A stretch of 64,000 nt of DNA, from NCBI GenBank assembly GCA_963537415.1, contig CAUTDF010000002.1, forward strand, positions 12,460-76,459, in the 5' to 3' direction. Both the position numbers and the translations under genes were made by a program. Source of the DNA: an uncultured bacterium (GTDB lineage: Bacteria > Patescibacteriota > Gracilibacteria > Absconditabacterales > Absconditicoccaceae). Of this stretch, positions 57,511-64,000 are shown in pieces (the first letter of the stretch is position 1; each line of letters begins with the position of its first letter). The notes under the pieces are model-generated. The model worked only from the letters and a program-made list of their open reading frames with translations, was not told the DNA's origin and made no database searches.

Positions 57511-57861
57511 ATGACACAAGAATTGCTTCAAGTGAGTGATGTTAAGTTTAAGTTTGTAAACGTATCAGAGGTGATGGAGGCTGATATTAAGAAGGCTGTA
57601 GATCATCAGATCGCCAATAAAGGGCAGACTATCCTTAAAAAGATTTACGCTAAAAATATTGATGCAGAGGTAATTATTGATTATACTATTACAAAAAATA
57701 AGAGCGGACTTTATGAGGCTACTTTTGCTTTCCTTTACAATGGAGAGAGATTTGTAGTTGAAAATCATAAAGGATTCAAGGTTGCAACTGATCTTGTTTC
57801 TCATGCATTTGATAAACGAAAGAGAAAAGTACTTGGTTTCTGGGGAATCTTCTCTAGATAG
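57511..57861 (+). CDS. possible ribosome hibernation factor (HPF/RaiA-like)
   Basis: 116 aa. Beta-alpha-beta-beta-beta-alpha spacing and a C-terminal basic helix (DLVSHAFDKRKRKV) resemble HPF. Weak, by eye only. Confidence 0.35.
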   Translation: MTQELLQVSDVKFKFVNVSEVMEADIKKAVDHQIANKGQTILKKIYAKNIDAEVIIDYTITKNKSGLYEATFAFLYNGERFVVENHKGFKVATDLVSHAFDKRKRKVLGFWGIFSR

Positions 57862-57912
57862 TGCACAGTAGTTTAGGAGTACTTTGTTTCTTTATATTGC
57901 ATTCAAATAATT

Positions 57913-58392
57913 ATGAGTAAAAATTTTCTTACCAGAGAGTGATATGATAAGTTGATTAATGAACTTCAGGAGCTAAAACAGGAGAAATTGCCCGCGGTCT
58001 TAGAAAGACTTGCTGAGGCAAAGGCTATGGGAGATCTTTCGGAAAACTTTGAGTACAAATCAGCTATGGAAGATAAGGATTTTATCAATTCAAGAATTGC
58101 TGAAATTACTAATCTTATCGCTGATGTTGAGATTGTAGAAAAGGAAAAAGATATCAAAAAATCTGACAAAGTCGTTGATTTTGGATCAAAAGTGACTGTG
58201 AGAATTGAAGATGATGATAAAGAATATCAGGTTTCTATTGTTGGTACCTGAGAAATCGGTATCGAGGATGGTTTAAAGATATCATTTGAATCTCCGCTTG
58301 GTCAGGCAATCAGAGGAAAAAAGGTTGGAGATACGGTGAAAATGAGACATGAAGGTGGAAGAAAAGATGTGAAAATTATAGCGGTAGACTAA
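57913..58392 (+). CDS. greA: transcription elongation factor GreA
   Basis: LT.E-G-Y.KL..EL..L, GDLSENFEYKSA, C-terminal FKBP-like domain SPLGQAIRGKKVGD. 159 aa. Confidence 0.9.
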
Positions 58393-58445
58393 AACTCTAC
58401 TGTTTTTGCTTTTTTAGTGTGCTTTGATTTTTGATATAAGACGAG

Positions 58446-59057
58446 ATGTATAATCCCTATGATTTCTATTTTAAAAAGGCGAAAAAAGAGTGATATAAGG
58501 CGAGGAGTGCTTTCAAGCTTCAGGAGATACAGGATAAATTCTGACTAATTACTAAAAGCACTCGTAGTGTCTTGGATATTGGATGTGCACCATGAAGTTG
58601 GCTTCAGTATACTATTGGGCAACTTAAGAAATTTGGAGTGCAACAATATCAAGTAATCGGTTTTGATCTTAAAAAGGTTGAGCTAAACTTTCCAGGATTG
58701 AGTACGTATGTGCAGGATATTACAGAGCAGGAAAAAGTACATTCAATCCTTAGGCAACATCAGCTTTCTCAGTTTGATTTTATTCAGTCTGATATAGCTC
58801 CAAATACTATTGGGCTTAAGGACATTGATGCCATGAGATCAATTGATCTGTTAGAGCAAACATATTGGATGTATGATGAATTGCTGAGGGATGATGGTAC
58901 CTTTGTAATCAAAATCTTTATGTGACCTGGTTTTGATGAGTTCGTTGCAAAGATAAAAAAGAGATTTTGAGCAAAAACAATCAAGCTTTTTAAGCCTCAG
59001 AGTTGTCGTGCTAATAGTAAAGAGACCTATATTGTGAGAGTTTCTCCTCAAAAATAA
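58446..59057 (+). CDS. rlmE: 23S rRNA (uridine-2'-O)-methyltransferase RlmE/FtsJ
   Basis: ARSAFKLQEI, VLDIGCAP-G-SW, SDIAPN, FVIKIFM-G. 203 aa. Confidence 0.88.
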
Positions 59058-59139
59058 AAACAGCACTCTTCAAGGGAGGCTGCTTTTATCGCGAAATACA
59101 GAGCTGTCTCTTTATTTCACTTACAAGGTTCTACTACAC
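59058..59139 (-). ncRNA. candidate sRNA unit 6 (antisense to the rlmE-rpoD spacer)
   Basis: Perfect TTGACA (59168-59173)-N16-TATAAT (59146-59151) on the minus strand, then about 80 nt to the bidirectional hairpin at 59061-59083. No ORF. Confidence 0.35.
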
Positions 59140-59239
59140 AACAATATTATATGTATTTTTTGAAAAATGTCAAAAATGGCGAGAGATTTTTGATTTTAGG
59201 TTTTTGATAGTTGAGGACTACTTTATTTGCTAGTTGAGT

Positions 59240-60547
59240 ATGATGGCTATGGATTCGACAAAAAAACAGTTGCGAGATAAGTTGCAAGATGATATTAATG
59301 AGCTTACTCCCGGTTTGCAGGCTCTTTTAGAGACTGGGGCGAATAGGGGTATGATCGAGGAAGAAGAAGTGATCTCTGAAATTGATGATATGGAAGGAAA
59401 TATCAAGCTTCTTGAAAAGTTCTATGATCTCTCAGAAAAACTTGGAATCAAAATTGTAACGATTGAAGAGTTGCTTGAAAAAGAGCAGGAGTCTTTGAAA
59501 AAAGAGACTAAGCTTTGAAAAATTACGCTTTATGGTAAGGCGGATTATGCAGTTGATAATCAGTATAAGGATTATATCAAACTTTATTTTAATGATATCT
59601 CAAAAATTCCACTTCTGAACTATGAAGAGGAGAAGGAGGTTGCAAGAAGAATTAAAAAGTGAGATGAAGAAGCAAAGAAAAAGCTGATTGAGTCAAATTT
59701 AAGACTTGTGATTTCTATTGCTAAGAGATATTTGGGTTCTCGTTTGACGTTTTCTGATTTGATTCAGGAGGGGAATATCGGGCTTATTAAGGCTATTGAA
59801 AAATTTGATCCAGATAAGGAGTTTAAGTTTTCAACTTATGCGACTTGGTGGATTAAACAGTCGATCACAAAAGCGATTGCTGATATGACGAGACATGTGA
59901 GAATTCCAGTTCATTTGATTGATGAGATCAATTCCTATAATAAAACTTATCAGCTTCTTTTTCAAAAACTTGGTCGTGAACCGACAAGTAAAGAAATCGG
60001 ACAAAAGCTTTGATTCCCGATTAAAAAGATTAAAAAGCTGGAAGAAGTGATCTTTTGAAATGTTTCTCTGGATAGAGAAGTTGGGGATGAGGGAAGAGAT
60101 ACGCTTGCAGATCTTCTAGAGGATGGAAATACTCTTAGACCAGATCAGTTAGCCGAGAGAGCTGCTCTTAGAAATAACTTAGATAGTATTCTGGCTATGC
60201 TCGATGATAGAGAGGCAAAGATCGTGAAGATGAGATATGGAATTGATGGTCCGAAATTTACTCTTGAACAAGTTGGAGAAGAGTTTGATGTAACGAGGGA
60301 AAGAGTGAGACAAATTGAGCAAAAGGTTATTCAAAAACTGAAAGAACATCAGGGGCTTCAAAAAATGCTCGGAATTGAAGATGATATCGAAAAGCTTAAT
60401 AGTGAGTGAGGAAAGAAGAAAAGATGAAGAAAGCCAGCTCAGAAGCAGAAAGATGAATATCTTGATGATGAGGATTATGGAAGAGATGACTATGATGATA
60501 ATGATGATTTTGAGGAGTATAATTTTGATGAAGATGATGAGAGTTAG
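59240..60547 (+). CDS. rpoD: RNA polymerase sigma-70 factor with basic/acidic C-terminal tail
   Basis: [37 protein letters not shown], region 4 [20 protein letters not shown]. After TGA 60407 the frame continues with [46 protein letters not shown]. Start ATG 59240 (TTG 59234 also possible). Confidence 0.9.
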
Positions 60548-60582
60548 AGGCAAGGCTTCTAACTTTTTCTTAAAAAAATATC

Positions 60583-60610
60583 TTGACTTTCATAAAAAAA
60601 TCGTTATTTT
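60583..60610 (+). promoter_or_regulatory. cassette 1 promoter
   Basis: TTGACT (60583-60588)-N16-TATTTT (60605-60610). The block aaaaatcgtTATTTT is shared with cassette 2. Confidence 0.5.
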
Positions 60611-60654
60611 GTATTTTACAAATAAAAAAGTTGTACTAATTAAATTGTTTTTTT

Positions 60655-61179
60655 ATGGAAAAGATTTATCCTTCCGTAGGAGATGTTATCTCCCCAGTTG
60701 TTCCTAAAGCAACATTGTCAGCGTCAATAGAACTTTCTTATGCTGATCTCAAAGAAATTTCTAAAGCATTTTCTAGAGTTAATAAAGCTCTGGATAAAAA
60801 GATGAAAAGTTTGGGACCGGACTCTGGCGTTTCTCAAGAAGAGATCGTTGGAGATGTGGTTGATACACTTGCATCATCTGGGCGTCTTGCTGGGCTCGCT
60901 GCAGCTCCTGTAAAGGAGCTTGTGCTGAGTGATGATTTCTCGCTCTTCAAGCGGAATCTTGATGCTGAGATTAAACGCTATGGAGCTGAATGTAGAGATA
61001 AGGGGCAACCTCTGGTAACTTTTTATGCCCTCAACGGTAAAAAAGTTAGATCTAGGTTGGAAACTTGGATCCCTAAGTTGTTCGCAATTGAAAGCTGATG
61101 AACATTGCATCTTTTAGATGCGAAAACAGTACCTATATACAGGTGCTGTTTTTTGTTTAAAAAATATTGACTTTTATAG
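60655..61179 (+). CDS. orphan paralog cassette protein 1
   Basis: 147-aa core with no TGA, ending ...WIPKLFAIES. It is then followed by TGA-TGA (61096-61101). Strict table-25 translation runs through the terminator hairpin into the next promoter (TAG 61177). Confidence 0.6.
61125..61155 (+). terminator. cassette 1 terminator
   Basis: AACAGTACCT atatac AGGTGCTGTT plus T-run. Starts 24 nt after the TGA-TGA. Confidence 0.6.
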
Positions 61180-61194
61180 AAAAATCGTTATTTT
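61167..61194 (+). promoter_or_regulatory. cassette 2 promoter
   Basis: TTGACT (61167-61172)-N16-TATTTT (61189-61194). Confidence 0.5.
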
Positions 61195-61241
61195 ATAGAT
61201 TATATAAATAAAAGTAATCATTACTAAAAACATCATTTTTT

Positions 61242-61757
61242 ATGAGACAAAAAGGTCAAAATCAGATTGGGAGTTCTCTTTTCTCAGTCGAACTTCGGAA
61301 AATTATGCTGCCATTTATCGTGCTGTCTTACAATGATCTCAAAGAGCTTTCAAAAGCAATTACTAGAGTGAATAAACTTCTTAAGAAGTATAAAGATCAG
61401 AATCTTGAACTTGATTTATTCTCTAATGATTGTGAATCTTCCTTTTTGGGAGATGGGCTTGCTCAATTGGCAAATGAGCAAAAGCTTGCGCGCATGAAGC
61501 CTATGATTTTAAAAGAGTTGATGCTTTCTGATGACTTCTTGGAGTTTAAAAAAGGTCTTAAGGTTTATTTAGAATCTGCATCTTATCTGTTCCGAGATTC
61601 TGAGCAACCTGAGTTTCTTTTCTCAGATTCTCAAATCCTTCCTCCTGGAGTTTCTAAGTTTGAGCTTTGGGTTCCCAAGCTTTTATCTTTAGAAAGTTGA
61701 GGAAGATTGTATTCACTTTGAATAGGAAACAGTATCTGTCTCAGATACTGTTTTTAA
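61242..61757 (+). CDS. orphan paralog cassette protein 2
   Basis: 152-aa core, LSYNDLKELSKAITRVNKLL and ...WVPKLLSLES shared with cassette 1. TGA at 61698, then read-through of the hairpin to TAA 61755. Confidence 0.6.
61728..61756 (+). terminator. cassette 2 terminator
   Basis: Perfect 11-bp AACAGTATCTG tct CAGATACTGTT plus T-run. Confidence 0.65.
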
Positions 61758-61762
61758 ATTTC

Positions 61763-61790
61763 TTGACTTTTTCTTAAAAATGTTTATCTA
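61763..61790 (+). promoter_or_regulatory. cassette 3 promoter
   Basis: TTGACT (61763-61768)-N16-TATCTA (61785-61790). Confidence 0.45.
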
Positions 61791-61817
61791 TATATTCACA
61801 ATTAAATAAAAAAGGAT

Positions 61818-62237
61818 ATGGGAACAAAAGAAAAAAATCTGATTTTTGTCGCTCGTTGTCTAGGTAATGGAAAGATTATTCATTATTCTTTAGATGAGGT
61901 TAGTATTTTGGCTGAAGATGTTTTAGTCTATGCTCAGGCGCTTAAAGAGAAGAAGGACAACCGTTTGAAGAATGGTTTGTATCGTTATGATTATGCGAAT
62001 ATCGCACCAGATATTCTCTACAAATTAAAAGAGGAAAATAAGCTTAAGCTTGCAAATTCTCAAGTTTTATTAGCACTTGGGCGAGGCGCAGATTTCTTTC
62101 CACTAGTTTGTGAAATCAAGAATATTCAGTCTAAACTAGGAATGGGTAAAATAGGTAATTCTGGTCAACTTGAGCTTTCATCTGAAGCTCCTCTTTTTAA
62201 TACTTGGATTACTCGACTTCTACCCAAGCGGAATTAA
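61818..62237 (+). CDS. orphan paralog cassette protein 3 (divergent)
   Basis: 139 aa, no TGA. C-terminal FNTWITRLLPKRN aligns with cassettes 1 and 2, and its TAA falls exactly where they have TGA. Confidence 0.6.
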   Translation: MGTKEKNLIFVARCLGNGKIIHYSLDEVSILAEDVLVYAQALKEKKDNRLKNGLYRYDYANIAPDILYKLKEENKLKLANSQVLLALGRGADFFPLVCEIKNIQSKLGMGKIGNSGQLELSSEAPLFNTWITRLLPKRN

Positions 62238-62248
62238 AAAATTAGAAA

Positions 62249-62277
62249 AACAGCACCTGTATGAGGTCGCTGTTTTA
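62249..62277. terminator. cassette 3 / ruvX bidirectional terminator
   Basis: AACAGCACCT gtatg AGGTCGCTGTT plus T-run. Same AACAG...CTGTT stem family as cassettes 1 and 2. Confidence 0.6.
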
Positions 62278-62679
62278 GTTTTCAGATTTTTTTGATTGTT
62301 TTCGTCTTTCAAGGATAATCATTGCACTGATGGTGTCTGTCGTTGCATTTTTTTTGAAGTCAGAAACGATTTCTCCTGATTGCACACTACTGAAATCTTC
62401 ATCTATAGTTTCGATTTCAATCCTTTGATTTTCAATGATATAATTAAGAGATTCCATAAATTTTGTGATATGTTCTTGGATATCTTTTTGTTTCTGGGGC
62501 CATCAGAGAATGATTTTTCTAATGTGATATCTCTGGATGAGATCTGCTATATAGTAATAGGTCATTGCATCATTCATTACATATCCAATCGGAAAAACGA
62601 CATCTGCATTGAGCGGAGTATAGGCGAGGCCAATATATTTACTACCTCGATCAATACCAAGAGCATGAGAAACTTTCAT
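62275..62679 (-). CDS. ruvX: YqgF/RuvX-family nuclease (pre-16S rRNA nuclease)
   Basis: LGIDRGSKYIGLAY, IIL-G-WPQ, IDEDFSSVQS, DTISAMIILE. 134 aa. Confidence 0.75.
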
Positions 62680-62918
62680 TGTTTATCTATCGAAAATAAA
62701 GAAAAAGAAATCAGAATTTATTGTCTTTTTTCTGTCTATAATCCTAAGAATATGCTTGATAAAAGCAAGGGCATTTCTTTCACTGGGCTTTTAGATCTTT
62801 GGGAGTGGGGGAGGGGAGGAACAGTAGATTTTTTCTCTTGAAAACAAGGAGCGAATAGCTAGACTTAATTTCGGTTTCAAATTTTTTATTATTTCATTAT
62901 TTTGGACAATGGATAAGA

Positions 62919-64000
62919 AATTAGCAAAAGCTCAACAGAGCAATTATACTATTACGATTTCGTTTTCTGATGAGGAAAAAAATGGAGTGAGAAGTCATGT
63001 TTTGCAACATTTTGCAAAGGATATGAATGTTCCAGGTTTTAGAGCTGGGAAAGTGCCTTTGCATATTGTAGAGCAGAAGGTTTCTCCTGAATATATCAGT
63101 ATGGCAATCAATGAACATTTGATCAATAAGGGACTTCAGGCTTTATTAGCTGAAAATGCTGATATTAAGTTTATCGGAGAGCCTTACGCTTTTGATACTA
63201 AAGATGAGAAGGGAACTACAACGGTAACTTTTTCTCTTGATGCATATCCTGAGGTTGATGTAAAGGGAAAGAACTGGTCTGCAGTTAAAATGGATGGAAT
63301 TAGCGTAGAAGCTACAGAGCAGGAAGTAGAGGATTCTTTGCTCAATATTCAGAAGAATTATGCTGATTATAAGGATGCTGAAGTTGTAGCTTTGGATACT
63401 ATTTCAAAGCTTGGGCTTGAATTTTTTGATGCTGAGGATAAGAGTATTGAAAAGGGGACAACATATCTTGGAGAAGTAGAGTTTGCTGAGGATAAGTTTT
63501 GGGCAAAGACCTTTGAGGGAAAAAAGAAAGGAGAAGTGATTGAGCTTAAGTATGATGAGAAGAAACTTCCTGCTGTTCTTAAAGCAAAGCATGAAGGAGC
63601 AAAAGTTTTGAAGGTAACTATTCAAGATGTGAAGCAGATTGTACTTCCTGAACTTAATGATGAAATGATCGTAAAGCTTTTTGGGAAGGATGCAGAGGTA
63701 AAGACTAATGCTGAGCTTAGAGAATATATTAAAAAGGAGATTCTTAAACAAAAGCAGGAAAATAGTTTGATTCAGACTGTTGAGAACTATCTTTCTGAGG
63801 TAAAGAAGAGTGGGGTTGAGGTAATTATCCCTAAGACTATGGTTGATCAAGAATTAAAGGTAAGAATGCAGAATTTGGAAAAGAGGTTTGGATCTGCTGA
63901 GAAGGTTGCTGAATATTTCTCTCAGATCGGAGAAGAAAAGGCAAAGGAATTTATAGAAGGAATTCAATCAGCAGCTAAGGAGAGTCTTGAAAAGTTCTTT
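62919..64000 (+). CDS. tig: trigger factor (3' end beyond window)
   Basis: NVPGFRAGKVPL, PELNDEM... Open frame with no stop of any kind, and no TGA, over 360 codons to the window edge. Confidence 0.9.

Noticed and set aside
1-64000. The apparent fragmentation of almost every housekeeping gene into 60-280-aa pieces could indicate a decaying, pseudogene-rich genome or a poor assembly.
   Set aside because: All fragments of a given gene are in one frame and are interrupted only by TGA at conserved glycine positions. TAA and TAG never interrupt them in the genes I checked codon by codon (hisS, ABC-F, the ligase-like gene, the GNAT and ASCH genes, NlpC/P60 and the phosphoesterase).
1-64000. TGA read as Trp (table 4, Mollicutes-like).
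   Set aside because: TGA falls in P-loops (GxxGxGKT), GxGxxG folds, LSGGE, GGSDQ and the S15 LGL motif, where Gly is invariant and Trp is not tolerated. TGG is also used normally for conserved Trp (for example YQW-G in NlpC/P60).

Overview
AT-rich (about one third G+C by eye), gene-dense chromosomal segment that is only coherent if TGA is translated as glycine (table 25, Gracilibacteria/Absconditabacteria-type CPR bacterium). The supplied standard-code ORF track therefore fragments almost every gene. I re-derived gene models by hand, reading TGA as Gly and only TAA/TAG as stops.

Under that code the window holds about 67 CDS and two tRNA-Arg genes. The CDS include:
- Translation and RNA genes: tyrS, asnS, hisS, serS, rpmA, rpmF, rpsA, rpsO, nusB, greA, rpoD, tig, miaA, dus, rlmE, ruvX and an ABC-F ATPase.
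- Envelope genes: mraY, murE and a Wzy_C/O-antigen-ligase-like protein.
- DNA repair and competence genes: pcrA/uvrD, a truncated uvrB, dprA and comF.
- A form II/III RuBisCO.
- Many orphan proteins.

Near-consensus sigma70 promoters and hairpin terminators are readable almost everywhere.

Most interesting observations:
1. An 8.3-kb operon (19408-27757) encodes two giant orphan glycine-zipper/coiled-coil membrane proteins (1058 and 1348 aa) plus a signal-less NlpC/P60 hydrolase.
2. Three tandem paralogous promoter-gene-terminator cassettes lie after rpoD. Two of them carry TGA exactly where the third has its TAA stop.
3. The 9-mer TCAGATTTT/AAAATCTGA is strongly over-represented, often as inverted pairs, and is a candidate uptake-signal-like or terminator-module motif.
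4. Six orphan promoter-to-terminator mini-units of about 70-90 nt, all on the minus strand, are candidate sRNAs.
5. A two-gene lipoprotein islet next to tRNA-Arg is bracketed by about 42-bp direct repeats.

All coordinates and codon counts were worked out by hand. No database search was possible.
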